IMG/VR virus record: IMGVR_UViG_3300037276_000070
Location: 1-59,352 of that record
Origin: a virus
Taxonomy: Duplodnaviria; Caudoviricetes
DNA length: 59,352 nucleotides
Reading direction: 5' to 3' (one strand)
Below the pieces are notes generated by a model that had not been told where the DNA came from, did no database searches, and saw only the letters and a program-made list of their open reading frames with translations. Positions 25,644-35,899 of the stretch are shown here, piece by piece. The translations under genes were made by a program, and so were the position numbers. The first letter of the stretch is position 1. Each line of letters opens with the position of its first letter.

Positions 25644-26690
25644 TTATCCGCCTGCTGATGCATTAGGTACTTGGGTAAATGCATCTCCACCAGTCGCCGC
25701 CGTGGCCCCGCCGAAGCCTACTGGGTCTGTCAGCTGGTCAATGGAGACAGCTGGGGCTGCAGCTCCAGATGAGTCAACCGAAGAATCGGTGGCAGGAGCT
25801 GAGCCGGTCACATCGCCACCTGTCTCTCCGGCTGTATTTGCTGCGGCATACATCTGAGCGCCGCCTGACACGATGCCGCCTAGACCGGACCAGGCAGCTG
25901 TCATGGAGGCACCCTTGTTCTGAGCAGCCGCGATTGACATAGCAAACCCAAGGTCCATGGAGGCCAGGGTGGCCGTTGCATCTCGACCCTGCTGGCTCAT
26001 ATAGTTACGGAACTGCAAGTTGCTGGACATGAGGTCTGTCTCATCGGCAAAGATGCTGGTCTGGATGGCCTGCTGGAAGCCGGCAGCGGTGTCAGCACGT
26101 GACTTAGCTGCCGTGTCGTTCAATGTGGTCACGTACTTCTCATTTGAGAGACGAAGCATAAGGCCCACCTGCTCAACGCGGGCCTTGTCGTCAGCGACCG
26201 TCATATTGGCAATCTCGTCAGCCTTGGACTGCAGGATGCTGTTGACTGAGTCATTGAAGGAGGCCATCATGTCGACACGCTGTTGAGTCAGAGCGGCAGA
26301 GGCCGCACTGGTCTGTTGGGCCTGAGCCTGAGCCTGCTGGGCCTGAGCGGTGGACTGCATAGCACCCTGGGCGCCCAGGTTGGCGGCAGAAGTCAAGTTG
26401 TTGACCCCAGCCAGCTTCTCTGACAGAGAGGACATCTTGGCGCCAACGCCAACTCCTGGACCGGATGCCTTGCCCGTGGCTGCTGTTCCGGTTAGGGCTG
26501 CAAGTTGCTGCGTGTTAGTGCCGCCCGTGGGGCCGAAGCCTAGGGCCTGGCCCTGCTGGGTGGACGCATTGGTCATGTTCTGCGAGTTCTGCTTGATGGT
26601 ATTGAGCAGGGACATGCCGGTAGAGCCGGAATCGGTCGGAGATGATGCGGCGGCGGCAGCGGCAGGCATAGGTTGTGTGGTATCAGGCAA
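25644..26690 (-). CDS. Internal virion protein candidate
   Basis: 348 aa, A/Q/T/S-rich and helical; GGAGG RBS with TTG start. Confidence 0.65.
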   Translation of the reverse strand: MPDTTQPMPAAAAAASSPTDSGSTGMSLLNTIKQNSQNMTNASTQQGQALGFGPTGGTNTQQLAALTGTAATGKASGPGVGVGAKMSSLSEKLAGVNNLTSAANLGAQGAMQSTAQAQQAQAQAQQTSAASAALTQQRVDMMASFNDSVNSILQSKADEIANMTVADDKARVEQVGLMLRLSNEKYVTTLNDTAAKSRADTAAGFQQAIQTSIFADETDLMSSNLQFRNYMSQQGRDATATLASMDLGFAMSIAAAQNKGASMTAAWSGLGGIVSGGAQMYAAANTAGETGGDVTGSAPATDSSVDSSGAAAPAVSIDQLTDPVGFGGATAATGGDAFTQVPNASAGG

Positions 26691-29238
26691 TTAGTCCCCC
26701 TCCCTTTATTGAATTGGCAACCGCAGAACTCACAGAACCGAGAGCACCAGGCGCCTTACCTTCCGATGCAGCTACCTTGCCTGCTCCTTGGTTAGCTGCT
26801 GCCTGGTTGGCCGCACTCGCATTCTCATAAGTGGCCAGTTGTTTGGAGGCACCGGCCGCAATCTGCTGCCACTGGTAGGTCTCATAGGAGGTGAGACTGG
26901 TGTCAGCTGCCCGCTGCTGGGCAAGGGTCAGTAGAGAGGTCATTGCATTGTAGGAGGCGGTGTCGGATAACTGGGAGGGGGCAGAGGTGAGGGCCGCCTG
27001 GACAGACGGGAAAGCGGTACCCAAAGCGCCGGCAGCTTTGGTGTTTGTGACCTGTTGGGCCAGCTGGGTGCCCACGTCACTCACCTGCGTAACGGCGGAG
27101 GCATTTCCTGAGTTCTGAGCATACTGTTGCAACTGAGCAATCTGAGCAAGGCCCGCCTGGTTTGCTACCGGACTGTCGGACGTGGTGGTTGCCGAGGCCA
27201 AGGAGGAGGCTATGGAGCCGAATTGCTGCGGTGTCGGGGCCGTACCTCCGTTACTGCTTATCTGCTGCAGAACCTGATTGGCTACTGCATCAGGCAGGTT
27301 TACTGAGGAAGCTCCAGCACTGCCTAGCGAGGAGACCCAGGAGGCGCCTCCGGCCCCACCCTGCTGGATGGCCTGAAGCAGGTCGGTGGTACCCCCTGCT
27401 CCGACCGCAACCAACTTACCAGCATCAAGCTGCCCGTTGGTGGTGATTGAGGCAATGTCGGCTGACGTTACACCGAGAGTGTTGCCTGTGAAGGCAGAGC
27501 CTAGGATGGATGAGGCAGCTGCAAGGATTGCCACATTCTTAGTGACGACAGGCTGAGTGCCTCCACCTGTTATGGCAGAGATAGCCTGCGGTACCCCGAG
27601 CGTAGCATCATTCTGAGCCAGGTAGTTCACCTGAATCTGGTCTGTGTATGTCTTCATCACAGAGGAGGACGGGATGCTACCAGGTGGAAGGGACATAAGC
27701 TGCTGGAAGGTGGATGCGTTCATTACGGTCGGGGGCAGCTGAGCGGCCAGGGAGATGGATGCGGTCAGGTCGCTCGTCTGGCCTGAGAGGTTGTCCTGCG
27801 ACAGTTGGTAGAGGGTCGTACCAGGCTGATTGAGTGACTGCATCGCGGGAGGCAAGTTGCCCATGTTCAGGGCCTCCCCTGGGACGTAGCCGAGATAGGT
27901 TGATGCGGCTGTAGGCAGACTGGACATGGTATGCTGGATGGAAGCGGACTGAGTTGCCGCCGTGATAGCATCCTGGCCTATCCCTGCCCCATATTGCTGG
28001 AATGCTGTCAGGTTGTTTTGCACATAGGTGTTGAACTGGTCAGCAGCATCCTTGCCGATGATGCCTTCTAGGGCGGTCAAGTTGGTGGCAGCGTTGGCCG
28101 GGTCAGTCAGGCCCATGGCAAGTGCAGTCAGGTTGGTACTAGACAGCGCCTGGTCAAGTGGCACTGGAGTCGTGGTGCCTGGAACCGTGATGGTCAGATT
28201 GGAGGCGACCTGAGACGTGAGGGAAGCAACGGATTGCTCGGCTGTCGCGATACCGGTGGCACCTGCTGCCGTCAGGGTGGCTCTAGCTGCTGCTCGCACA
28301 TTTGCATTGGCGGTCGGGTCTGACAGGACGTTCATGGCACCTTGTGTGGTGTTAAACTTGCCAGACTGCACCGACTGTACTAGGGCTGACAGCTGCTCAG
28401 GAGTCATGCCGGCAATCTGTGAGCCAGTGACAGGAGTCTGCCCAGGGATGCTAAGGAGGGCACCCATCTGGTCGTAGGAAGTGAACCCGAACTGGGAGGG
28501 GTCCATCTGAGCCATTTTAATCTGAGCAGGGGCGTTCGAGTTGGCCGCAATTACGTTGGCTGCCTGTGTCTGCGGGTCACCCTTGTTCAGGTACATGGAC
28601 TGGAACGGATTGGCCCCGGCCGTAGCCCCGGACAGAGGGGTACCAGTAGCAGTGGAGACCAGGTCCATGGCATTCAGGATGGCCTGCTGACTGGCGGCAG
28701 GGTTGGCGATTGTCTCCAGAGCCGATGAGACGTCAGAGCCCTGAATGACCTGACCCGTCGGGTTCCCATTGGCATCTCGCACCTGGTAGGAAGCTGCAAT
28801 TTGGGAAGGGTCAACTGACATCCCTTGGACCGTCGTCGCTGCTGACAGCTTGCCCAGGTCGGTGGTGACCGTGTTCATGACACGGGTGGCCAAGTTGCCA
28901 GAGCCGAAGGCCTGCTGCATCTGCTGGGCCTGCTGGGCCTCGGCTGTGGTGGCTGCATTGGCCTGTGCTGTGTTCTGCTGTTCGCGAACTGCGGTACCTA
29001 GTCCCTGCGTGCCCTTGGTGGACAGCTGGACAGCGTTACGCAGTGCGTTGGGTGTTCCTGCCTGTGAAGCCTGTTGGGGTAGGCCTCCTGCGGTGGCGGC
29101 CTCTATTGGAGAGGCGGCAGCGGCACCGGACAGCTTGGCCACGTCCTGCGCAGAGCCGGTGAGGGTCTGAGCCCCCAACTTGACTTGCTGCTGGAGGCTG
29201 GTACCTGAGGGGGCTTGAGGAGAGGAGAGGTCAGCCAT
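26683..29238 (-). CDS. Internal virion protein candidate (A/Q/T/S-rich)
   Basis: 851 aa from an ATG after GGAGG; has its own promoter at 29358-29386. Confidence 0.7.
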   Translation of the reverse strand: MADLSSPQAPSGTSLQQQVKLGAQTLTGSAQDVAKLSGAAAASPIEAATAGGLPQQASQAGTPNALRNAVQLSTKGTQGLGTAVREQQNTAQANAATTAEAQQAQQMQQAFGSGNLATRVMNTVTTDLGKLSAATTVQGMSVDPSQIAASYQVRDANGNPTGQVIQGSDVSSALETIANPAASQQAILNAMDLVSTATGTPLSGATAGANPFQSMYLNKGDPQTQAANVIAANSNAPAQIKMAQMDPSQFGFTSYDQMGALLSIPGQTPVTGSQIAGMTPEQLSALVQSVQSGKFNTTQGAMNVLSDPTANANVRAAARATLTAAGATGIATAEQSVASLTSQVASNLTITVPGTTTPVPLDQALSSTNLTALAMGLTDPANAATNLTALEGIIGKDAADQFNTYVQNNLTAFQQYGAGIGQDAITAATQSASIQHTMSSLPTAASTYLGYVPGEALNMGNLPPAMQSLNQPGTTLYQLSQDNLSGQTSDLTASISLAAQLPPTVMNASTFQQLMSLPPGSIPSSSVMKTYTDQIQVNYLAQNDATLGVPQAISAITGGGTQPVVTKNVAILAAASSILGSAFTGNTLGVTSADIASITTNGQLDAGKLVAVGAGGTTDLLQAIQQGGAGGASWVSSLGSAGASSVNLPDAVANQVLQQISSNGGTAPTPQQFGSIASSLASATTTSDSPVANQAGLAQIAQLQQYAQNSGNASAVTQVSDVGTQLAQQVTNTKAAGALGTAFPSVQAALTSAPSQLSDTASYNAMTSLLTLAQQRAADTSLTSYETYQWQQIAAGASKQLATYENASAANQAAANQGAGKVAASEGKAPGALGSVSSAVANSIKGGGLIA

Positions 29239-29357
29239 GAAGAGGACCTCCGGTGGGGGGCTGTCTGGACCTATCACGTCGGGGACCTGTTGAGTCCCGT
29301 TCCCGAGTCGAGAGGCAGCTGGTGAGTTGCGAGCTCACCTGGCATCGACCTGAGTAC

Positions 29358-29386
29358 ACTATAGCAGTCTGAGGAGGAGTTGTCAA
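29358..29386 (-). promoter_or_regulatory. Strong sigma70-type promoter for the ejection-protein operon
   Basis: TTGACA-17-TATAGT with a TGn extension. Confidence 0.85.
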
Positions 29387-29628
29387 CAGGTATGCCGCGC
29401 CATTTGCGTGAAGTGGGGGAACACCTCCGCTCCGGTCCAGTCCTGCCCTTGTCCTCCCAGCTTCGGCCCCACAAGGCGCCTGGCCTACATAGCCTATGTG
29501 GGCCGAAGCCGACCGCCAAAGCAGGCTAGCTGGACCGGAACCGGCAAGTTCCCATAACAGTTCTCGCGGCATAGAGTCGCTAAGCATGTGTTGGCGCCTG
29601 TTATATAAAGGAGCTTTGTCGTGTTCTA
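29384..29628 (-). ncRNA. Putative rod-shaped structured non-coding RNA
   Basis: Nested inverted repeats 29391-99/29565-73, 29417-22/29548-53, 29431-40/29530-39, 29442-46/29521-25 and 29460-73/29497-509. G.U pairs favour the - strand, and there is a dedicated promoter upstream. Confidence 0.68.
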
Positions 29629-29634
29629 CACGTA

Positions 29635-29663
29635 AACGTAGCACACTTACCTCAAAATGTCAA
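29635..29663 (-). promoter_or_regulatory. sigma70-type promoter driving the rod RNA
   Basis: TTGACA-17-TACGTT with GTGTGC before the -10. Confidence 0.8.
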
Positions 29664-29673
29664 GCTGAGCCTA

Positions 29674-29688
29674 GGGGGGGGGGGGGGG
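29674..29688. repeat. G15/C15 homopolymer
   Basis: 15 consecutive G, 10 nt upstream of the -35 box on the - strand. Confidence 0.9.
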
Positions 29689-29691
29689 TGT

Positions 29692-32600
29692 TCACGTGCC
29701 GCCGTTCTGAGCCGGGGTTGGCCCGGAGGCCGCCTCCCTGATGCCCTTGAACGTGAGGCCTGCAACTGTGTACTTCAACTGGGTTATCTCTACAGGCTCG
29801 TCCTTCGTGGCATTCGTTATCTGGACCTGCATCCGTAGACATCTCTTATTCAGTATGGAATACCGGTAGGTTACCACCTTCTGATTGGTCGTATCCCCAA
29901 GTCCAGACGTCTGAGCATTGTTGGCTATGGTCGTGGAGTCTGCTGGGGTGAACTCGGTAGCCATGTCTGTGGCTGTCAGAATGGCCGTTCCTGTGCGAGT
30001 TCCGAGGCCGACCGGGTTCCGGTAGCTCACCTGCACGTACGGCACGTCCTTGCGCACGCCAGCATCCCCAAAGTCCATAGCACGGAGCGTTGCCGTCATG
30101 GCGATTGGCTGGTCGTCGTCCCGCCAGTCAGAGCTGTCCCCGTTCTGCCGGAGCTGGAACACCCGGCCATAGGTGGCAGCCATGTAGGAATTGTAGTCCA
30201 GATTGCACCAGCCGACCGACGAGCCTGGGACGCCCTGGTGCTGAGACCAGCTGCCCTCTTTGGTGCTGTACAGCTGGATTGTACTCGTGATGCCCTGCAT
30301 ACTGTACTCACGGGTACTGTTGTAGACAAAGCAGTTGGTAGGCTCCGGATTCCCGTTAGTATCAGAGTAGGTCGGTCCAAGGGCATTGGGGCCAGACTGG
30401 ACCATTGGGGTGCTGAGCCGGTAGAACGAGTGGCTGGAGAAGTTATGCCCGAAGCAGAGGTCTAGGCGAGTCAGGTCCACAGAGGAGCGCCAGAGGTTCT
30501 GCAGCCTGCGTCCCATGTACCAGATGCTCATGTCCTGCTGTATCTTATAGATGCCGGACTCGTTGGCAAACATGACCCCACCACGAACCGGGGTGACCGA
30601 GTAGGGGGCGGTGCAGCCGAGGCCCATGGTCTCCAGACGCTGAACCGGGTTGGCTCCTGCGGCCTTCTGCGCCACATTGACCAGGTAGATTGAGTTGGTC
30701 TTGAAGACCAGGATGACGGCATCCTTCATGGCGGCGCCGAACGTCGACTCACCAAAGAACGGGATGACTGCCGTAATCTCCTGCCCATCGGACGGATTCA
30801 CGTCGATTGCGCTGTCCGACTGTGAGTCCACCGTGGAGAACGGGTTGTCGAATATCTCAGCGAAGTTGGGGTAGGAGACCAGGAGGCGAGAGGCCATCCT
30901 GTTCTCAATGGTGCCGAGAGAGGAGCCCGGTGCTTGGTAGATGTTGGCTATGTATATCTTGAAGGCAGTCTCTGCGTATCCGCTTGGAATGGTGAGCTGG
31001 GCGACGGTCGGCTGATTCATCGGCTGCACGAACACAATCTGTCCGATGTCATATTCGCCGCCGGCATTGGCCGATATCCAGGGCTTGAACGTCTGCTGCC
31101 CTGCTACCGTTCGGTCTACCATGCGCATCGAGCAGTTTACAGCATTGGCAAGGAGCATGCAAAGGAGCGACTCGTTCTGAAGCTCAGAGGCGGTTACTCC
31201 ACCAGAGCTGGTCAGGAAGGCCACTTCGTTGAGCTGCAGCCCCTGGTCTGCTAGCTGGTTGGACCCGTTCACCCCCATCCAGACAGGCACGTCTCTCGGA
31301 TTGGTGGCGGTCACATAGGAGTCAACCTCATTGGCAGCAGTGAACGTGTACCCGGTTGGGGCTCCGGCCCATAAGATGGTGAATGCATTCGTCGTACTGG
31401 AGTGCACCTGCCACCAGCCGTAGAGGGCAAGAGAGAGGGAACTGGATGCTGCCTGCCTGAACAGGTAGACCCAGTCTCCTGCGACTAGGCCGTGGGCTGA
31501 CTTGGTGACAGTGAATGAGGGATTAGTAGATGCAGTGAAGTCATTAGGACCAACTGTCACGGTAGCGGTGGAAGGCAGTCTTACTGTTTGAGCAGAAGGA
31601 ACAGTAGCACCACTTCCTGTGAAGGATACAGTGTTGGTTGGATTTGCTGTATTCCAAGCTGTAACTACGGAAGTAACAGCACTAGACCCGTCGAAGACCA
31701 GCACCGGCTCAGGAGCACTACTGATGCTGCTTAGTGCGACTGCTCCAGATGCCACCACTTGGTACCTAGCAGTGCTGAGCATGTTGGTACTTGAACCAGG
31801 GGCCCCTTCGTCAATGTCGAGTTGCCAGAGGGAGGTACCTGTCGTGAGCTCGCTGGCGAGGAGTGGGGTTCCAAGGTGCTGATTCAGGATGGTAACGTCG
31901 ATGGTGGGGTCGCCAGTAATGTTAGCCAGTACCAGGCGATTGGAAGCTGACGTGACATGCTTAGCCCTGACCGGATTGGACCAGGTGGTTCCCAGTTCAG
32001 AGCCCTTGAGACCTGTATTGACTGGGTCCAGGTCGGCCAGCGAGACGTCAGGAGTTGTGTCCACCACGTCCAGGTAGCCGGTATGGGGGGCGAAGGGGAG
32101 GGGGTATGTGCCAATCAGGTAGTAAGGTGCAACCCCGTTCACCTTGGTGCGGTACACTTGCACTTCCAGGGCATCATAGTCGTAGATGTCCCAGGCAGGC
32201 AGACCGACAAGGCGTATGCGAACAGCTGCAGGTCCGGCCAGGGTTACCGTGAAGTCCTCGCTGCCTGTGGCTGCAGAGGCTATCACATTCTGATTCTTGT
32301 CAACCGCATTCAGGCGGAAGTAGTAGGAATAGGTGGCAGCCTGTTGGAGGGTATAGGCAGTCCCGCTGGTGGCACTGGTCCCCTTTATTGCCTGGTCTAC
32401 ATAGATTACGCCGACTTGGGTGGATGTGCCAGACACCGTGGTCTGAATCGTATCCGTATTTGTAACCGTATAGTAGATGGAAGCATCGGTCGAGGTACCG
32501 GTCATCAGCTGTACCCTGGTGCCTACTGCAAAGGTGGACACGTCGGCCTGCGCCACATAAAAGTGCGACTCATTCCAAGCAGCTGGGGTACCCCCTACAG

Positions 32601-35517
32601 GTAGCTCAGTATAGTAGACAAGGCTGCATGATGGCAGATTGAGCGGGATGCTGCCTGATGCAGGGTCTGCCGTATTCGCCTTAATGAACACATTCGGCTG
32701 CCAGCGGGGAAGGCCGGCTCTGTAAACTGAGGACCCGTCCACCTTGAGAGTCCTATCTACCCCGTTGTTTAAGAGAAGAAGGTCAGACACCATGGTTGAC
32801 CGCATTATGGGCTGGGCAGAGTAGGAGGAAGTGGGCAGGTAGGAAACGTAGGGGCCAGGAGTCTCTGGGGTGGCCCCTGAGCCTGTCGTTGTGGGGGCCT
32901 CTATTGGGGCCCAACGCCCAGCCACGTCGAACGTGTTGGCAGAGTCCACATCATCGGACCATTGCAGAGACTCATCGATGCCAACTGCATATCCGATAAG
33001 CGTCCCATCCTGACTGGCCACTACCTGAGTCGAGGCGAACTCGATGCCACTGGTGCCAGTAAGAGCCGTGATGACCTGAGTGCCTGTAAACACACCAGCT
33101 TGGGACAGAGCTATCTGGTCTCCTATCTGGAATGAGGTGTTCAGGTCAATAGAGAGAATAGCGGTGGCAACTTCCCCATCGGAGCTTAGACTGACTGCCT
33201 GATTCCCAACTGACACCACATTGGTTACACGAATGTTGCGGGCATAGGCATTCCCGGTTCCACTCAGCGTCGCCAGATTAGCCATATCGCCAGCCACCAT
33301 GCCATCAACCAGATTGCCAGCAGAGTCGGCAATAGACACACGAGCTACTCCATTGCTATCTCTGAGTGGGATGACGGAGGAAGTTCTCTGACCGGCAATC
33401 GGGGAGCCGCCTGGAATGAGGAGTGGCTCAGTCACGTTGGCAACAAGCACCTCTGTGCCCGAGGAGGCGAGGACCGATAGCAGCTCAGGTGAGGTGAACG
33501 CTTTGCCGGTCAGGGCATCACCAGGGAGAAAGGTGGATGTATTGGCAAAGGCGATGCGGTCAGTGAATACACCTACCCTGGCACCTGACTGAGCATCCTG
33601 ATAGTCTGCCGTCGTCAACGCCGGATTGCTGACCCATATCTGCAGAGTAGTTCCGACCAGGCTAACCTGTTCTACAGGGAACGTACCATCCTGCACAGAG
33701 TACGAGGCACCTTGAATTGTCAACTGGTCAGCAAAGCCGGCCGTGTTTCGAATGATGGAGGAGAGAGTTCCGACAATTGTGGGAGCGAGCAGTTCTATCG
33801 TGACCAGCATCCAGCCAGTCGAGGAGTCCCACACAATGGAGGAAGCCGGAACAAAGCCATTAGCGTTTGTGGCCTGTATGTAACCAGCCGACCGATTGGA
33901 TGTGCTTAGCGAATTCACAAAGACCGGGCCTAGGTAGTTATCTGAGGATGCCCGATTCTGCAAGTTAGGATAGAGCTGTGGGGTCGGTATGTCCGAGTTG
34001 GCCCCTTTGAAGAAGTTGCCTCCAAGTCCAGCTACCAGAAACTCCTCTGCGTCTGCCCTATACGAGTCCAGCTCGGTCACCCAGCCGGCAGTAGCGCCTG
34101 CCGTGTTCCCATATATGGATGAGTGGTCTAGGCCCCATATGGTCAATTGAGGGGAAGAGTCTGACCAACTGAGGCCAGTCACTGTGGAAGGGTAGACAGC
34201 CACTACATTGGTTACAACCTGCACCGTCTGCCAGTATAGGTCAATGTACAAGGAAGTGCCGGAGGCATTGGTTACGCTGACCGTTGTGAGACCGGTCGTG
34301 GCATCATAGGACACACTGTCCGGCAGTACGTAGGCCCTATTGCCGGTACCATCATCCGTGTATGCATCCATGAAGGTGAATGGGGTGGCAGTAGCAACTG
34401 ACTGGGTCACTGTAGCAAAGGGACCGACAGGGTACGAGGTCGAGTTTGCTTCTGGAGCTGCAGACAGACTGATGACAAGGGAGGTGGAGGCAGGCAGGTC
34501 AATGAAGGAGACAGACACATTGTCCGATGCATCTATCTGAATAGAGTCCGGTACAAGCTGCATTAGGGCAGTTCCGGTATTATAGAAACAGCGAACCTGA
34601 ATGGCACTGGTGGACAGTGCATGAGTGGCAGCAGAGATTGAGGCTGTATAGGAGCCAGAGACTGTTGCGGTGAAGATGTAGGTCTCATTCAGCGTCGCAG
34701 GCTTGGATGCATAGTAAACGAAGCCTCTGAATTCGGCGGAGGTTTCGTATGAGATGTCGGTCTCAAGTGTGCTCGAATTCACTCCGACTGCATTGGCGAT
34801 AAACTGCTGATTGGAGGTGTCGGTGGTCGAAGTGGACCTAGTCAACCCTACCCAAGTGTCTACTGTCGTCAAAGCTGATTGTACTTGGGGGATTGACAGC
34901 ACAAGTGGGGTGGAGGAGGCCGAGAAGGTATAGCGAGGGTCAGACAGAAAGGAGGGGTACCAGCGGGTTGTGTACGTTCCCTGTGGGAACTCTCCGCCAC
35001 CAGAGCTGTTCTGCTGACTGGTCAACCCAGCCACTTGAATGGCATGGCCAGTCAGGGGCAAGTCAATGCTGCTATCCAGCTGCAGGGTCACGTCCTCCTG
35101 CGGGACGGTCAACTGGTAGCCAAGTGGCAGGACCGGACCAGGGCTGCCTGAATAGGCCAACGGCACCGGAGATGAGTAGAAGGAGTTGAAGGAAGCGACC
35201 AGGGCAGATAGGGTCGAGCTGCCATCTCCTACCAGAATGGCAGGGACGTTCGGTGAGCCTACTACTCTGGTAACTGCATTTGTGTCTCCAGGATACGTAA
35301 CCCCAGGAGAGGGGACCTGGGCGGCACGTTGCACCCGTACAGGCAAATTGCCCCATACCCCCTGATAGCCTGGGCGCTTCTGCGCATATCCTTCGGGAGT
35401 CGGGTCCATGTTAATGAGGGATTCGCTAAACCCTTCTGGAATCGTGTCTTCCGAGGAGAGAGCGTCGATGCCCCCGCCCAAGTCACCATGAGGGACGGTC
35501 TGGAATTTCATTGCCAC
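29692..35517 (-). CDS. Large tail/nozzle (P22 gp10-like head-closure) protein with inserted beta domains
   Basis: 1941 aa. N-terminal GGID...N......KRPGY and C-terminal D...ITA.....ILVFKTNSIY...GC.APYSV propeller pattern; lies downstream of the adaptor. Confidence 0.72.
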   Translation of the reverse strand: MAMKFQTVPHGDLGGGIDALSSEDTIPEGFSESLINMDPTPEGYAQKRPGYQGVWGNLPVRVQRAAQVPSPGVTYPGDTNAVTRVVGSPNVPAILVGDGSSTLSALVASFNSFYSSPVPLAYSGSPGPVLPLGYQLTVPQEDVTLQLDSSIDLPLTGHAIQVAGLTSQQNSSGGGEFPQGTYTTRWYPSFLSDPRYTFSASSTPLVLSIPQVQSALTTVDTWVGLTRSTSTTDTSNQQFIANAVGVNSSTLETDISYETSAEFRGFVYYASKPATLNETYIFTATVSGSYTASISAATHALSTSAIQVRCFYNTGTALMQLVPDSIQIDASDNVSVSFIDLPASTSLVISLSAAPEANSTSYPVGPFATVTQSVATATPFTFMDAYTDDGTGNRAYVLPDSVSYDATTGLTTVSVTNASGTSLYIDLYWQTVQVVTNVVAVYPSTVTGLSWSDSSPQLTIWGLDHSSIYGNTAGATAGWVTELDSYRADAEEFLVAGLGGNFFKGANSDIPTPQLYPNLQNRASSDNYLGPVFVNSLSTSNRSAGYIQATNANGFVPASSIVWDSSTGWMLVTIELLAPTIVGTLSSIIRNTAGFADQLTIQGASYSVQDGTFPVEQVSLVGTTLQIWVSNPALTTADYQDAQSGARVGVFTDRIAFANTSTFLPGDALTGKAFTSPELLSVLASSGTEVLVANVTEPLLIPGGSPIAGQRTSSVIPLRDSNGVARVSIADSAGNLVDGMVAGDMANLATLSGTGNAYARNIRVTNVVSVGNQAVSLSSDGEVATAILSIDLNTSFQIGDQIALSQAGVFTGTQVITALTGTSGIEFASTQVVASQDGTLIGYAVGIDESLQWSDDVDSANTFDVAGRWAPIEAPTTTGSGATPETPGPYVSYLPTSSYSAQPIMRSTMVSDLLLLNNGVDRTLKVDGSSVYRAGLPRWQPNVFIKANTADPASGSIPLNLPSCSLVYYTELPVGGTPAAWNESHFYVAQADVSTFAVGTRVQLMTGTSTDASIYYTVTNTDTIQTTVSGTSTQVGVIYVDQAIKGTSATSGTAYTLQQAATYSYYFRLNAVDKNQNVIASAATGSEDFTVTLAGPAAVRIRLVGLPAWDIYDYDALEVQVYRTKVNGVAPYYLIGTYPLPFAPHTGYLDVVDTTPDVSLADLDPVNTGLKGSELGTTWSNPVRAKHVTSASNRLVLANITGDPTIDVTILNQHLGTPLLASELTTGTSLWQLDIDEGAPGSSTNMLSTARYQVVASGAVALSSISSAPEPVLVFDGSSAVTSVVTAWNTANPTNTVSFTGSGATVPSAQTVRLPSTATVTVGPNDFTASTNPSFTVTKSAHGLVAGDWVYLFRQAASSSLSLALYGWWQVHSSTTNAFTILWAGAPTGYTFTAANEVDSYVTATNPRDVPVWMGVNGSNQLADQGLQLNEVAFLTSSGGVTASELQNESLLCMLLANAVNCSMRMVDRTVAGQQTFKPWISANAGGEYDIGQIVFVQPMNQPTVAQLTIPSGYAETAFKIYIANIYQAPGSSLGTIENRMASRLLVSYPNFAEIFDNPFSTVDSQSDSAIDVNPSDGQEITAVIPFFGESTFGAAMKDAVILVFKTNSIYLVNVAQKAAGANPVQRLETMGLGCTAPYSVTPVRGGVMFANESGIYKIQQDMSIWYMGRRLQNLWRSSVDLTRLDLCFGHNFSSHSFYRLSTPMVQSGPNALGPTYSDTNGNPEPTNCFVYNSTREYSMQGITSTIQLYSTKEGSWSQHQGVPGSSVGWCNLDYNSYMAATYGRVFQLRQNGDSSDWRDDDQPIAMTATLRAMDFGDAGVRKDVPYVQVSYRNPVGLGTRTGTAILTATDMATEFTPADSTTIANNAQTSGLGDTTNQKVVTYRYSILNKRCLRMQVQITNATKDEPVEITQLKYTVAGLTFKGIREAASGPTPAQNGGT

Positions 35518-35522
35518 GTGGG

Positions 35523-35690
35523 TTATCCCTTAGCTTTAGGCTTGGGCTTCTTCTTAGTATGCTCTGGTATCTTGTCATAGTTGGCGGTCAGGTATTCCTT
35601 CGCCTTCTTGGGGTCGATGGAGATTGCATCCGAATCGCCATGAGCAGCTGCTGCCATTGCACGGAACTGGGCCTTGGACTTGGCTGGCAT
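35523..35690 (-). CDS. Small basic protein (MPAKSKAQ.R.M type)
   Basis: 55 aa with an N-terminal motif recurrent in phage late regions. Confidence 0.7.
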   Translation of the reverse strand: MPAKSKAQFRAMAAAAHGDSDAISIDPKKAKEYLTANYDKIPEHTKKKPKPKAKG

Positions 35691-35691
35691 G

Positions 35692-35883
35692 CTATGAACC
35701 GCCTGCAGTCGGAGCAGGCTTCTCTGGCCTATCCTCTTCTGCCTGCCTGGCATCCTCGTCGTCCAGGTCCTTCTCGCCCGTAGGGGAGTTGACCATGGCG
35801 CGAGCTCTGCGCTTGGCATCCCGGCTTGGCTCTGGTGGACCCTTGTCTTTGAGCAACTTCAGCAAATCCATTGGGTTTGGCAT
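35692..35883 (-). CDS. Small disordered protein
   Basis: AGGA RBS; LKLLKDKGPP motif. Confidence 0.65.
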   Translation of the reverse strand: MPNPMDLLKLLKDKGPPEPSRDAKRRARAMVNSPTGEKDLDDEDARQAEEDRPEKPAPTAGGS

Positions 35884-35899
35884 ACGAGTTCCTAGTTAG

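Noticed and set aside
29231-29741. Short ORFs across the rod-RNA region (29231..29644, 29274..29519, 29496..29741)
   Set aside because: They have no RBS, overlap promoter boxes and have uninformative composition. The nested pairing explains the region better.
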